Below, piece after piece: positions 1 to 12,453 of a stretch of 63,228 nt of DNA (positions are counted from its first letter, which is position 1; every line of letters begins with the position of its first letter). The notes under the pieces were generated by a model. That model saw nothing but the letters and a program-made list of their open reading frames with translations. It was not told the origin of the DNA and made no database searches. The DNA is taken from NCBI RefSeq assembly GCF_035084215.1, contig NW_027138261.1:1-63228 (forward strand), in the 5' to 3' direction. A program made the translations under genes and the position numbers. The stretch is from Heptranchias perlo (Eukaryota).

Positions 1-351
1 TGGAACATTTCCCTCTTGTCTTAAATAGGCTACCGTTAACCTCCCTTGATGGTCGAGTGTGGAAAGGAGCCATCTGGACCAGGATGCTCCCGGCTTCAGT
101 TCCCCAGTCTCCGTGCTGAGTTATCTGATCTTAGCCAGCCCGCCGGAGGGCTGCTCAATTGGCCTCAGCAGCTCTAAAGTAAGCAGAAGGTTCCCATCCC
201 TCAGTTATTACCACTGGAGAACGTGCGTACGTGGATGTTGGCTGAGGATAGCATCGGGCTCTGCTGCAATGCCCTGCAAAGTTGAATAGCCTTGCTGGAA
301 TTCACTTTCTAGTCTCACACATGAAGAATGGCCAGTTGGACAAGTGGATAC

Positions 352-1259
352 TAGGAACATAGGAACAGGAGTAGGCCATTCAGCCCCTCGTGCTTGCTCC
401 ACCATTTGATAAGATCATGGCTGATCTGTGATCTAACTCCAAATACCTGCCTTTGGCCCATATCCCTTAATACCTTTGGTTGCCAAAAAGCAATCTATCT
501 CAGATTTAAATTTAGCAATTGAGCTAGTATCAATTGCCGTTTGCGGAAGCGAGTTCCAAACTTCTACCACCCTTTGTGTGTAGAAATGTTTTCTAATCTC
601 ACTCCTGAAAGGTCTGGCTCTAATTTTTAGACTGTGCCCCCTACTCCTGGAATCCCCAACCAGCGGAAATAGTTCTCTCTATCCACCCTATCCGTTCCCC
701 TTAATATCTTATAAACTTCGATCAGATCACCCCTTAACCTTCGAAACTCCTGGAGAATACAATCCCAATTTGTGTAATCTCTCCTCGTAACTTAATCCCT
801 TGAAGTCCGGGTATCATTCTAGTAAACCTACGCTGCACTCCCTCCAAGGCCAATATGTCCTTCCGAAGGTGCGGTGCCCAGAACTGCTCACAGTACTCCA
901 GGTGCGGTCTAACCAGGGTTTTGTATAGCTGCAGCATAACTTCTGCCTCCTTGTACTCTAGTCCTCTAGATAGAAAGACCAGCGTTACATTAGCCTTATT
1001 GATTATTGTCTGCACCTGTTCATGACACGTCAATGATCAATGGACCTGAACCCCAAGGTCCCTTTGGACATCCACTGTTTTGAACTTTTTACCATTTAGA
1101 AAGTACCCTGTTCTATCCTTTTTTGATCCAAAGTGGATGGCCTCACATTTGTCTACATTGAATTCCATTTGCCACAGTTTTGCCCATTCACCTAATCTAT
1201 CAATATCGCTTTGTAATTTTATGTTTTCATCCACACTGCTTACAATGCCACCAATCTTT
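352..1259 (-). mobile_element. CR1 LINE 3' fragment (ORF2 C-terminus + 3' UTR)
   Basis: ...WQMEFNVDKC...RDLGVQV...[41 protein letters not shown], with frameshifts and stops. Confidence 0.9.
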
Positions 1260-3159
1260 NNNNNNNNNNNNNNNNNNNNNNNNNNNNNNNNNNNNNNNNN
1301 NNNNNNNNNNNNNNNNNNNNNNNNNNNNNNNNNNNNNNNNNNNNNNNNNNNNNNNNNNNNNNNNNNNNNNNNNNNNNNNNNNNNNNNNNNNNNNNNNNGA
1401 ATGGAGAGAGGAAGGAAAGGAGAGAAAGGAGGAATGGAGAGAAGGAAGGAAAGGAGAGAAAGGAAGGAAAGGAGAGAAGGAAGGAAAGGAGAGAAAGGAA
1501 GGAATGGAGAGAAGGAAGGAAAGGAGAGAAAGGAGGAATGGAGAGAAAGGAAGAAAGGAGGAATGGAGAGACGGAAGGAAAGGAGAGAAAGGAAGAAAGG
1601 AGGATGGAGAGAAGGAAGGAAAGNNNNNNNNNNNNNNNNNNNNNNNNNNNNNNNNNNNNNNNNNNNNNNNNNNNNNNNNNNNNNNNNNNNNNNNNNNNNN
1701 NNNNNNNNNNNNNNNNNNNNNNNNNNNNNNNNNNNNNNNNNNNNNNNNNNNNNNNNNNNNNNNNNNNNNNNNNNNNNNNNNNNNNNNNNNNNNNNNNNNN
1801 NNNNNNNNNNNNNNNNNNNNNNNNNNNNNNNNNNNNNNNNNNNNNNAAAGAGAGAAGGAAGGAAAGGAGAGAAAGGAAGGAAAGGAGAGAAGGAAGGAAA
1901 GGAGAGAAAGGAAGGAATGGAGAGAAGGAAGGAAAGGAGAGAAAGGAGGAATGGAGAGACGGAAGGAAAGGAGAGAAAGGAGGAATGGAGAGAAGGAAGG
2001 AAAGGAGAGAAAGGAAGGAATGGAGAGAAGGAAGGAAAGGAGAGAAAGGAAGGAAAAGAGAGAAGGAAGGAAAGGAGAGAAAGGAAGGAAAGGAGAGAAG
2101 GAAGGAAAGGAGAGAAAGGAGGAAAGGAGAGAAGGAAGGAAAGGAGAGAAAGGAGGAATGGAGAGAAGGAAGGAAAGTAGAGAAAGGAGGAATGGAGAGA
2201 AGGAAGNNNNNNNNNNNNNNNNNNNNNNNNNNNNNNNNNNNNNNNNNNNNNNNNNNNNNNNNNNNNNNNNNNNNNNNNNNNNNNNNNNNNNNNNNNNNNN
2301 NNNNNNNNNNNNNNNNNNNNNNNNNNNNNNNNNNNNNNNNNNNNNNNNNNNNNNNNNNNNNNNNNNNNNNNNNNNNNNNNNNNNNNNNNNNNNNNNNNNN
2401 NNNNNNNNNNNNNNNNNNNNNNNNNNNNNNNNNNNNNNNNNNNNNNNNNNNNNNNNNNNNNNNNNNNNNNNNNNNNNNNNNNNNNNNNNNNNNNNNNNNT
2501 GGAGNNNNNNNNNNNNNNNNNNNNNNNNNNNNNNNNNNNNNNNNNNNNNNNNNNNNNNNNNNNNNNNNNNNNNNNNNNNNNNNNNNNNNNNNNNNNNNNN
2601 NNNNNNNNNNNNNNNNNNNNNNNNNNNNNNNNNNNNNNAGGAGAGAAGGAAGGANNNNNNNNNNNNNNNNNNNNNNNNNNNNNNNNNNNNNNNNNNNNNN
2701 NNNNNNNNNNNNNNNNNNNNNNNNNNNNNNNNNNNNNNNNNNNNNNNNNNNNNNNNNNNNNNNNNNNNNNNNNNNNNNNNNNNNNNNNNNNNNNNNNNNN
2801 NNNNNNNNNNNNNNNNNNNNNNNNNNNNNNNNNNNNNNNNNNGAATGAAGAGAAGGAAGGAAAGGAGAGAAAGGAGGAATGGAGAGAAGGAAGGAAAGGA
2901 GAGAAGGAAGGAAAGGAGAGAAAGGAGGAAAGGAGAGAAGGAAGGAAAGGAGAGAAAGGAGGAATGGAGAGAAGGAAGGAAAGGAGAGAAAGGAGGAATG
3001 NNNNNNNNNNNNNNNNNNNNNNNNNNNNNNNNNNNNNNNNNNNNNNNNNNNNNNNNNNNNNNNNNNNNNNNNNNNNNNNNNNNNNNNNNNNNNNNNNNNN
3101 NNNNNNNNNNNNNNNNNNNNNNNNNNNNNNNNNNNNNNNNNNNNNNNNNNNNNNNNNNN
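1260..3159. repeat. GA-rich low-complexity repeat (GGAAGGAAAGGAGAGAAA-like), partly N-masked
   Basis: Nearly pure purine tandem units visible between N runs. Confidence 0.9.
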
Positions 3160-3219
3160 ATCTGCAAAATGCCCCAGCAACGTCGCACAGCTCCCCAAAC
3201 AGCCACCTCTCTTTGCACT

Positions 3220-3495
3220 GAGACACCAGGTGCTCGGGCTCAGGTACAGTTGTCGGGGGTCTGTGCATCACCCGGGGAGCAAAGAGCTCGATCAGTCGGG
3301 GCCTCCGAAACCCCAGGCCAGGATGCGTCCCCATCGAGCAGCGCTGCTGCCTTAAACCGCAGAAACGAAAGCAGGGCACAGCATGACCTACTTTAGAAAC
3401 TGCCAGGGACGCGTCACAGTGGAAAGACAAACAGCAACCCTCTGATAACTCCAGCTCTCACCACATCCGCCCGACCTCTTTCTGTGCAGCTGCAA
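3220..3495. promoter_or_regulatory. Candidate TCR-beta 3' enhancer (E-beta-like)
   Basis: Unique island with ETS-RUNX composite CGGATGTGGT (minus, 3460-3469), a second RUNX site TGCGGTT (3355-3361), TGATAA (3443-3448), E-boxes CAGGTG (3227) and CAGCTG (3487), and CRE half-site CGTCA (3412). Confidence 0.5.
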
Positions 3496-3569
3496 AACGC
3501 GATCAGTTCAAGTCTCCGTTTTGAGTCAGAGATGTTTGCTCAACCCACTGAGCTTGAATTCTAAAGTCC

Positions 3570-4220
3570 CAACACACTTGGAGCACTGTGCACAGTTCTG
3601 TTCTCCATATACCTGGGTTAGACCACACTTGGAGCACTGTGCTCAGTTCTGGTCTCCATATACCTGGGTTAGACCACACTCGGAGCACTGTGCACAGTTC
3701 TGGTCTCCATATACCTTGGTTAGACCACACTTGGAGCACTGTGCACAGTTCTGGTCTCCATATACCTTGGTTAGACCACACTTGGAGCACTGTGCACAGT
3801 TCTGGTCTCCATATACCTTGGTTAGACCACACTTGGAGCACTGTGCACAGTTCTGGTCTCCATATACCTTGGTTAGACCACACTTGGAGCACTGTGCACA
3901 GTTCTGGTCTCCATATACCTTGGGTAGGCCACACTTGGAACACTGTGCACAGTTCTGGTCTCCATATACCTTGGTTAGACCACACTTGGAGCACTGTGCA
4001 CAGTTCTGGTCTCCATATACCTTGGTTAGACCACACTTGGAGCACTGTGCACAGTTCTGGTCTCCATATACCTTGGTTAGACCACACTTGGAGCACTGTG
4101 CTCAGTTCTGGTCTCCATATACCTTGGTTAGACCACACTCGGAGCACTGTGCTCAGTTCTGGTCTCCATATACCTTGGTTAGTCCACACTCGGAGCACTG
4201 TGCACGGTTCTGGTCTCCAT
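3570..4220 (+). repeat. 51-bp CR1-derived minisatellite (~13 units)
   Basis: Unit ATACCTTGGTTAGACCACACTTGGAGCACTGTGCACAGTTCTGGTCTCCAT = CR1 ORF2 [17 protein letters not shown]. Confidence 0.95.
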
Positions 4221-4869
4221 TGGCCAGAAACTTAACTGGACCAGCCACATAAATACAGTGGCTACAAGAGCAGGTCAGAGGCTGGATATTCTGCGGCGAG
4301 TGACTCACCTCCTGACTCCCCAAAGCCTTTCCACCATCTACAAGGCACAAGTCAGGAGTGTGATGGAATACTCTCCACTTGCCTGGATGAGTGCAGCTCC
4401 AACAACACTCGAGAAGCTCGACACCATCCAGGGCAAAGCAGCCCCGCTTGATTGGCACCCTAAACATTCACTCCCTTCACCACCGGCGCACCGCGGCCGC
4501 AGTGTGGACCATCCACAGGATGCACTGCAGCAACTCGCCAAGGCTTCTTCGACAGCACCTCCCAAACCCGCGACCTCTCCCACCTAGAAGGACGAGGGCA
4601 GCAGGCACATGGGAACAACCCCCACCCGCACGTTCCCCTCCGAGTCACACACCATCCCGACTTGGAAATATATCGGCCGTTCCTTCATCGTCGCTGGGTC
4701 AAAATCCTGGAACTCCCTCCCGAACAGCACTGTGGGAGAACCTTCACCACACGGACTGCAGCGGTTCAAGAAGGCGGCTCACCACCACCTTCTCAAGGGC
4801 AATTAGGGATGGGCAATAAATGCTGGCCTTGCCAGCGACGCCCACATCCCACGAATGAATAAAAAAAAA
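4221..4869 (+). mobile_element. 5'-truncated LINE (same family as 37093-40029) with A-tail
   Basis: Near-identical to 39369-40029; ends ...acgaatgaataaaaaaaaa. Confidence 0.9.
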
Positions 4870-5770
4870 TACCTTGGTTAGACCACACTTGGAGCACTGT
4901 GCACAGTTCTGGTCTCCATATACCTGGGTTAGACCACACTTGGAGCACTGTACTCAGTTCTGGTCTCCATATACCTTGGTTAGACCACACTTGGAGCACT
5001 GTGCACAGTTCAGGTCTCCATATACCTTGGTTAGACCACACTTGGAGCACTGTGCACAGTTCTGGTCTCCATATACCTTGGTTAGACCACACTTGGAGCA
5101 CTGTGCACAGTTCTGGTCTCCATATACCTTGGTTAGACCACACTCGGAGCACTGTGCACAGTTCTGGTCTCCGTATACCTGGGTTAGACCACACTCGGAG
5201 CACTGGGCACAGTTCTGGTCTCCATATACCTGGGTTAGACCACACTTGGAGCACTGTGCACAGTTCTGGTCTCCATACACCTTGGTTGGACCACACTTGG
5301 AGCACTGTGCACAGTTCTGGTCTCCATATACCTTGGTTAGACCACACTTGGAGCACTGTGCACAGTTCTGGTCTCCATATTATAAGAAGGATATAGAGGC
5401 ACTGAAGAAGGTGCAAAAAAGATTTACAAGGATGATACCAGAACTGAGAGGTTTCTAACTATCAGGAAAGACTGAACAGACTGGGGCTCTTTTCTCCGGA
5501 AAAGAGAAGACTGAGGGGTGACCTGATGGAGGTCTTTAAGATTATGAAGGGGTTCGATAGGGTAGACGTAGAGAAGATGTCTCCACTTGTGGGGGGAGAG
5601 ACCAGAACTAGGCGGGGGGGCCATAAATATAAGAGAGTCACCAATAAATCCAATCGGGGAATTCAGGAGAAACTTCTTTCCCCAGAGAGCGGTGGGAATG
5701 GGGAACTCGCTCCCTCGAGGACTAGTCGAGGGGAATAGTGGAGATGGATTTAAGGGGGGAAGCTGTAGAG
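4870..5770 (+). mobile_element. 51-bp array (~10 units) running into CR1 3' end
   Basis: Array continues into [24 protein letters not shown]...LRGDLMEVFKIMKGFDRVD. Confidence 0.9.
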
Positions 5771-5955
5771 GGAGTGAGGGTAAATCCATATACCCTCAAC
5801 TCCCTCTACCGGCCTCTGGTCGATGACCCCTAACCCAATGACAAATCTATCAGAAGTTTACCCAGGTACGTTAAAATTGTTTAGAGATGCTTTGCCCGGG
5901 GAAAATAACTGAAATAACAGCGAAGAGAGCCAGTTTTCTTTGTGGGAATGCTCTG

Positions 5956-5961
5956 TTTATT
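5956..5961 (-). terminator. Candidate polyadenylation signal (AATAAA) for TRBC
   Basis: First AATAAA I could find on the minus strand downstream of the stop at 8072; lies in unique sequence. Confidence 0.4.
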
Positions 5962-6167
5962 CGTTAATCAACAAAGAAGTGCAGAAAAATATAAGGCGAT
6001 CACAAGCCAGTTTGCCGACACCCGATCGCCTGGGAGACTTACTCGTGGGCGATCCGCATCTCGGTCCCCAGTCCACAATCTATGAGCTGAATCCCGCAGC
6101 TAGGTTTGAACTGCGCCCGTTCATTGAGATTAAATTCGTAAGCATGCCAAACGGGGAGTTCGGTTAG

Positions 6168-7702
6168 CAGGGGACGAGGGGCTCCAGCTACGCAGGGAGA
6201 GCCTGGAGAAACTTGGGACGTTCTCCTGGAGAGGAGGTCAAGTGGAGATCTGCTAGGACCAGGGGACGAGTGGCTCCAGCCACGCGGAGAGCCTGGAGAA
6301 ACTTGGGACGTTCTCCTGCAGAGGAGGTCAAGTGGAGATCTGCTAGGACCAGGGGACGAGGGGCTCCAGCTACACTGAGAGCCTGGAGAAACTGGGGTTG
6401 ATCTCCTGGAGAGGAGGTCAAGTGGAGATCTGCTAGGACCAGGGGACGAGGGGCTCCAGCTACGCTGAGAGCCTGGAGAAACTTGGGACGTTCTCCTGCA
6501 GAGGAGATCAAGTGGAGATCTGCTAGGACCAGGGGACGAGGGGCTCCAGCTACGCTGAGAGCCTGGAGAAACTTGGGACGTTCTCCTGCAGAGGAGATCA
6601 AGTGGAGATCTGCTAGGACCAGGGGACGAGGGGCTCCATCTACGCTGAGAGCCTGGAGAAACTTGGGACTGTTCTCCTGCAGAGGGGATCAAGTGGAGAT
6701 CTGCTAGGACCAGGGGACGAGGGGCTCCAGCTACACGGAGAGCCTGGAGAAACTGGGGTTGATCTCCTGGAGAGGAGGTCAAGTGGAGATCTGCTAGGAC
6801 CAGGGGACGAGGGAGTCCATCTACGCTGAGAGCCTGGAGAAACTGGGGTTGTTCTCCTGGAGAGGGGGTCAAGTGGAGATCTGCTAGGACCAGGGGACGA
6901 GGGAGTCCATCTACGCTGAGAGCCTGGAGAAACTTGGGACTGTTCTCCTGCAGAGGAGATCAAGTGGAGATCTGCTAGGACCAGGGGACGAGGGGCTCCA
7001 GCTACGCTGAGAGCCTGGAGAAACTGGGGTTGTTCTCCTGGAGAGGAGGTCAAGTGGAGATCTGCTAGGACCAGGGGACGAGGGGCTCCAGCTACACGGA
7101 GAGAGCCTGGAGAAACTGGGGTTGTTCTCCTGGAGAGGAGGTCAAGGGGAGATCTGCTAGGACCAGGGGACGAGGGAGTCCATCTACGTGGAGATCCTGC
7201 AGAAACTGGGGTTGATCTCCTGGAGAGGAGGTCAAGGGGAGATCTGCTAGGACCAGGGGACGAGGGGCTCCAGCTACACGGAGAGCCTGGAGAAACTGGG
7301 GTTGTTCTCCTGGAGAGGAGATCAAGGGGAGATCTGCGAGGACCAGGGGACGAGGGGCTCCAGCTACACGGAGAGAGCCTGGAGAAACTGGGGTTGTTCT
7401 CCTGGAGAGGAGATCAAGGGGAGATCTGCTAGGACCAGGGGACGAGGGAGTCCATCTACGCAGGGAGCCTGGAGAAACTTGGGACGTTCTCCTGGAGAGG
7501 AGATCAAGGGGAGATCTGCTAGGACCAGGGGACGAGGGAGTCCATCTACGTGGAGAGCCTGGAGAAACTGGGGTTGTTCTCCTGGAGAGGAGATCAAGGG
7601 GAGATCTGCGAGGACCAGGGGACGAGGGGCTCCAGCCACGCTGAGAGCCTGAAGAAACTTGGGACGTTCTCCTGGAGAGGAGATCAAGGGGAGATCTGCG
7701 AG
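6168..7702 (+). repeat. ~90-bp minisatellite (~17 units) derived from a decayed CR1 ORF2 segment
   Basis: Unit GGGACGAGGGGCTCCAGCTACGCTGAGAGCCTGGAGAAACT...GTTCTCCTGGAGAGGAGGTCAAGTGGAGATCTGCTAGGACCAG resembles the CR1 'GLSY-ERLEKLGLFSLE-RRLRGDL' coding segment. Confidence 0.85.
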
Positions 7703-8071
7703 CACCTTGGGGTTTCTCGAAGGCCGGCCGACAATCAATGACGGAGAGCAGGCGAACCGCGGCCAGGCGTCGAAGCAAAGCACGTAATACTAACCCCCGC
7801 CCCCCCCTCAAAGCCTCAGACAACGGGAAACGTTCAAAGAGGAGCAGGAAAAGATTCATCCGCAAGGGAAGAGACAGGCCGGAGAGCAAAAGTTCGAAAC
7901 GCTCAGCCAGTGGAGGTCCAGGTGGCTCTGACGTATTTACACGGCGAGGGAGAAGGGGCAACGGGAGGCGTTCGGACGGGAGTCGCGAAACTCTCATTTT
8001 CTCTCGCCTTCCCATCCGACGGGGTCCGTCCGACCCCACCCCACCCCGTCCTCCGACGTTTTTTCCGACGG

Positions 8072-8098
8072 TCAGTCGAATCTCTTGCAGTGAGATGC
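8072..8098 (-). CDS. TRBC: TCR beta constant exon 4 (cytoplasmic tail, coding part)
   Basis: tttacgcacaag|GCATCTCACTGCAAGAGATTCGACTGA = ASHCKRFD*. Phase 0 matches exon 3. A short basic tail is typical of TCR beta. Confidence 0.82.
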   Translation of the reverse strand, partial: ASHCKRFD

Positions 8099-8244
8099 CT
8101 TGTGCGTAAATTGAAACAGAATCAGCACGGCCCGTGTCCCCGCGGGAAATTATCTCCCCTTCAAATATTCACCCGATTTTTTGGAAAGTTACGTCCCCCC
8201 ACCCACCCCCCAGCCCCCGCCGCCGCCGCGTAAAATAACCCTCC

Positions 8245-9295
8245 TCATCTCTCCGTCCCTCCTCTGGTTCTCTTCCCGATTATCTTAAATCCGCGCCCTC
8301 TGGTGACCGACCCTCCTGGAAACGATTCCCACCCTCCCGTCCAACGCGACCGAAACCCCCTCGTGACCGTGAACCCCTCCATCAAATCCCACCCCCCACC
8401 CCCACAGCTCCGAGGAGAACAACCCCGGTCTCTCCACATTAACGGAAGTCCCTCGTCTCCGGCCCGGTCCCGTTTCTGTTAAATCTCCTCGGCCCGCCCT
8501 CCGAGGCACTGACGGGACAGAGGCAATCGGCGAGCTCTCATTTGTTCATTCTTGGCCGTTCATCCCTAACCTTAACGGGGATGGATTTAAGGGGGGAGGC
8601 TGGATGGACACACGAGGGAGAAAGGAATGGAAGCAGATGGGGAGAGGGGGGGAGATGGAGGAGGGGAGGGAGGAAGCTCGTGTGGAGCATGAGCACGATG
8701 GGCCGATGGAAGGGCAGGTTGAGAAAGTGGTTAAAAAGCAGACGGGGCTTTACAAAAGCAAGGAAGTCATGATGGACCTTGATAAAACACTGGTTCGGCC
8801 ACAACTGGAGCATCGTGTCCAGTTCTGGGCCCTGGACTTTAGGGAAGGAGTGAAGGCCCTTAGAGAGGGTGCAGAGGAGATGAGGAACTTTAGTCACCTG
8901 GACAGACTGGAGAAGCTGGGGTTGTTCTCCTTGGGGGCAGAGGCGGTCGCGAGGAGATTTGATCGAGGGGGTTCAAAATCAGGAAGGGTCCAGACAGAGC
9001 AGATGGAGAGAAACCGTCCCCCCCAATTGGCAGAAGGGTCGAGGACCAGAGGGACACGGATTTGAGGTGAGAGGAGCAAAGACGACATGAGGGGGGAAAA
9101 CCTTTCTCAACCCAGCGAGCGGTCGGGTTCTGCCCGAGGGGGGTGCTGGAGGCAGATTCAATCGCGGCCTTCAAAAGGGAACTGGATAGACAATTGAAGG
9201 GAAAAAAGCGCAGGGGGGCTACGGGGGACTTGCTCGTGCATGGGGCCAGCACGGCCTCGATGGGCCGAGTGGTCCTCCTTCCGCGCTGTGACCTT
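8245..9295. mobile_element. Cluster of decayed CR1 3' fragments (minus ~8245-8510; plus ~8575-9295)
   Basis: KTLVRPQLEHRVQFWA...LDRLEKLGLFSL and AAFKRELD remnants. Confidence 0.75.
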
Positions 9296-9464
9296 TCCAT
9301 CGGCGTTGGGTCGTTGCGGAGAGGAGTATTTGCATTCGGGAATCCAGAGGGCGGGCAGGAGGTGCTGGGAGGCAAGGTGTTTAACGAAGGCAATGATTGC
9401 ACATTCCCGGGTTTTCTTGTGGCTGTAAAAAAGGGAGCTTAATTTTAAGAGAGTTTAATCTTAC

Positions 9465-9571
9465 CTTAGCCCTCCAAGCGATGATTGAGATGATAATCGC
9501 GTACAGGAGGCTTTTACAGATCAGGATCGTATATGATAACTTTGCCACCCCCATGCTCTGGATTTTTTCCT
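9465..9571 (-). CDS. TRBC: TCR beta constant exon 3 (transmembrane)
   Basis: ctcaacag|AG...GCTAAG|gtaaga. Encodes EKIQSMGVAKLSYTILICKSLLYAIIISIIAWRAK, with the intramembrane Lys and Y..IL..K..LY antigen-receptor TM motif of TCR beta. Confidence 0.93.
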
Positions 9572-9689
9572 CTGTTGAGTGGAGAAGATGAGAAAATGTT
9601 AGACGTCTCCATCTCTCAAGGCCGAGAAACACTTACTCTTCGATTTCAGCGGCCCAGCGTCAACCGTCCGAGGAGGCCCACTCCAAGGA

Positions 9690-10600
9690 CTCGAGCTCCA
9701 GGCCGACACTCCCAGTGCCCAGTACTGAGGGAGCGCCGCACCGTCGGAGGGTCGGTACTGAGGGAGCACCGCACTGTCGGAGGGTCGGTACTGAGGGAGC
9801 CCCGCACTGTGGGAGGGTCAGTACTGAGGGAGCGCCGCACTGTCGGAGGGTCGGTACTGAGGGAGCCCCGCACTGTCGGAGGGTCGGTACTGAGGGAGGG
9901 CCGCACTGTCGGAGGGTCAGTACTGAGGGAGGGCCGCACTGTCGGAGGGTCAGTACTGAGGGAGCGCCGCACTGTCGGAGGGTCGGTACTGAGGGAGCGC
10001 CGCACTGTCGGAGGGTCGGTACTGAGGGAGCCCCGCACTGTGGGAGGGTCAGTACTGAGGGAGCGCCGCACTGTCGGAGGGTCGGTACTGAGGGAGCGCC
10101 GCACTGTCGGAGGGTCAGTACTGAGGGAGGGCCGCACTGTCGGAGGGTCGGTACCGAGGGAGCCCCGCACTGTGGGAGGGTCAGTACTGAGGGAGCGCCG
10201 CACTGTCGGAGGGTCGGTACTGAGGGAGCCCCGCACTGTCGGAGGGGCCGTCTTTCGGACGAGACGTTAAACCGAGGGCCCCGTCTGCCCCTCTCGGGCG
10301 GGTGTAAAAGATCCCACGGCCCACTATTGGAAGAAGAGCAGGGGGAGGGGAGTTCTCCCCGGGGGTCCTGGGCCCCGATATTTATCCCTCGACCAACATC
10401 ACTAAAAAAAAAACAGACGATCTGGGTCATTTATCACATCGGCTGTTTGTGGGATCTTGCTGTGTGTAAATTGGCCGCCTCGTTTCCCCACATTACAGCA
10501 GTGACCGCACTCCAAAAGAAAAATACTCTGTTGGCTACAAAGCGGTTCTGGACGTCCTGAGGTGGTGAGAGGGGGGCGAGAGAAATGGGAGATCCTTCTT
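9690..10600 (+). mobile_element. Deu-domain SINE with internal 33-bp tandem expansion (~9721-10245)
   Basis: GCACTGTCGGAGGGGCCGTCTTTCGGACGAGACGTTAAACCGAGG resembles the Deu-SINE core. Unit TACTGAGGGAGCGCCGCACTGTCGGAGGGTCGG x ~16. Confidence 0.75.
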
Positions 10601-10739
10601 TCCCTCGAGAGGGGGACTCCATCTCTGAACCCTGCACGAGATCCAAACCAAGATCTCGCAGGATAAAGTCCACAGTTTAAGATAGATCTAGCCCCCCCCC
10701 GACCTCCACCCGCCCCCCCCACAACAGATGCCGCTCACA

Positions 10740-11495
10740 AACATGAGAACAGTAAGAAATAGGAGCGGGAGAAGGCCATTCGGCCCCTCGAGCCCGCTCC
10801 GCCATCCAATCAGATCATGGCTGATCTTGGAAATCATCTCCGCTTTCCCGCCCGATCCCCTCGAGTCCAGAAATCCATCCGTCTCAGCCTTGAATACACT
10901 CAACGACTCAGCCCTCTGGGGTAGGGAACTCCAGAGATTCTGAGTGAAGAAATCCCTCCTCATCTCAATCTTGGATGGCCGACCCCCTCATCCTGCGACT
11001 GCGCCCCCTCGTTCTAGACTCTCCGCCCAGGGAGAAATCCCTCCTCATCTCAGTCTTGGATGGCCGACCCCCTCATCCTGCGACTGCGCCCCCTCATTCT
11101 GGACTCTCCGCCCAGGGAGAAATTCCTCCTCATCTCAGTCTTGGATGGCCGACCCCCTCATCCTGCGACTGCGCCCCCCTCATTCTGGACTCTCCGCCCA
11201 GGGAGAAATTCCTCCTCATCTCAGTCTTGGATGGCCGACCCCCTCATCCTGCGACTGCGGCCCCCTCATTCTGGACTCTCCAGCCAGGGAGAAATCCCTC
11301 CCCATCTCAGTCTTGGATGGCCGACCCCCTCATCCTGAGACTGCGCCCCCTCGTTCTAGACTCTCCGCCCAGGGAGAAATCCCTCCTCATCTCAGTCTTG
11401 GATGGCCGACCCCCTCATCGTGCGACTGCGCCCCCTCGTTCTGGACTCTCCGCCCAGGGGGGAAACAGCCTCTCAGCATCGACCCTGTGAAGCCC
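10740..11495 (-). mobile_element. CR1 3' end with internal ~85-bp tandem expansion (~6 units, 10948-11460)
   Basis: RRDFFTQ.LWSSLPQRA..VFKAETDGFL plus CR1 3' UTR. Repeated unit GAAATCCCTCCTCATCTCAGTCTTGGATGGCCGACCCCCTCATCCTGCGACTGCG... Confidence 0.85.
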
Positions 11496-11650
11496 CCCGC
11501 ACCCACCGCACTCTCAGAATCTCACAAGACGGTGCAAACGGGTTGCTGAATTTCGCAGATCTTGTAACGAGGGACTACTCGAGACGATAACAAGTCCACG
11601 ATAATTACACGTGCACCAAGAGCGTTTGATGAAAGCAGTTGTAAACTCAC

Positions 11651-11671
11651 CTTTGCTCAGGCTGCAGCGTT
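11651..11671 (-). CDS. TRBC: TCR beta constant exon 2 (connecting peptide with interchain Cys)
   Basis: 21-nt micro-exon tttttatttcag|AACGCTGCAGCCTGAGCAAAG|gtgagt = (E)RCSLSK(E). Phase 1/1, compatible with the flanking exons. Confidence 0.9.
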
Positions 11672-11734
11672 CTGAAATAAAAAAAATAAATAAATGAAGA
11701 GTTAGCATCAGACTATTTTATGAAATCTTGGCCC

Positions 11735-12453
11735 AGGTTCAGATTATCACTTTAAGGATGTGACGGCCTCGGAGAGGTGGCGGAGGAGATTTACCAGAGC
11801 GGTCCCCGGTCGGTGGGGGGGGACGAGGGTCTTCAGCTAACGTGGAGAGACTGGGGTCGTTCTCAGAGCGGAGAAGGTTAAGAGGGGGGACTTGATCGAG
11901 GCGTTCACAATCGCGAGGGGGTTTCGACAGAGTAAATAAGGAGGGAGTGTCTCCCCCAGTGGGGCAGGAGGGTCAGTCACCAGAGGACGGGGATTTAAGA
12001 TAATCGGGGAAAGAGCCAGAGGGAGGAAGGAGACGAGGAGATGTTTATTTTACGCAGGGAGTTGTTCCGATCTGGACCGCGCTGCCTGAAAGGGGGGAAC
12101 GGGAGAAGGTTCAATCGTAACTTTCAAAGGGGAATTGGATAAATACTTTGAAGGGGAAAAATTCACAGGGGTGATTATGAATTTGGCGCCTGGGGCGGAC
12201 GAGACGTTAAACCGAGGGCCCCGTCTGCCCCTCTCGGGCGGGTGTAAAAGACCCCACGGCCCACTATCGGAAGAAGAGCAGGGGGGGGAGTTCTCCCTGG
12301 GGTCCTGGGGCCAATTTCTATCCCGTTAGCTGAAATCATTTAAAAAAAAACCCAGATGATCTGGGTCATTTATCACATCGGCTGTTTGTGGGATCTTGCT
12401 GTGCGCAGATCGGCTGCCGCGTTTCCCACATTACAACAGTGAGCACACTTCAA
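11735..12453 (+). mobile_element. Decayed CR1 fragment followed by Deu-SINE fragment (~12198-12453)
   Basis: Similar to the other CR1 tails and to 10258-10515. Confidence 0.7.

Noticed and set aside
60-300. Possible tRNA-derived SINE remnant
   Set aside because: Too degenerate to assign without a repeat library.
3390-3400. Alternative last exon (cag|TTTCTAAAGTAG, minus)
   Set aside because: 8072-8098 is closer and gives a TCR-beta-like tail.
3160-3421. Possible inverted V 3' of C ending at perfect CACAGTG (3415-3421)
   Set aside because: No V framework (Cys, WYxQ, YxC) in any frame and no nonamer at 12 or 23 nt.
1037-3430. Long ORFs spanning N runs (also 12388-13938 and 19280-24378)
   Set aside because: Open only because N codons and low-complexity DNA lack stops.
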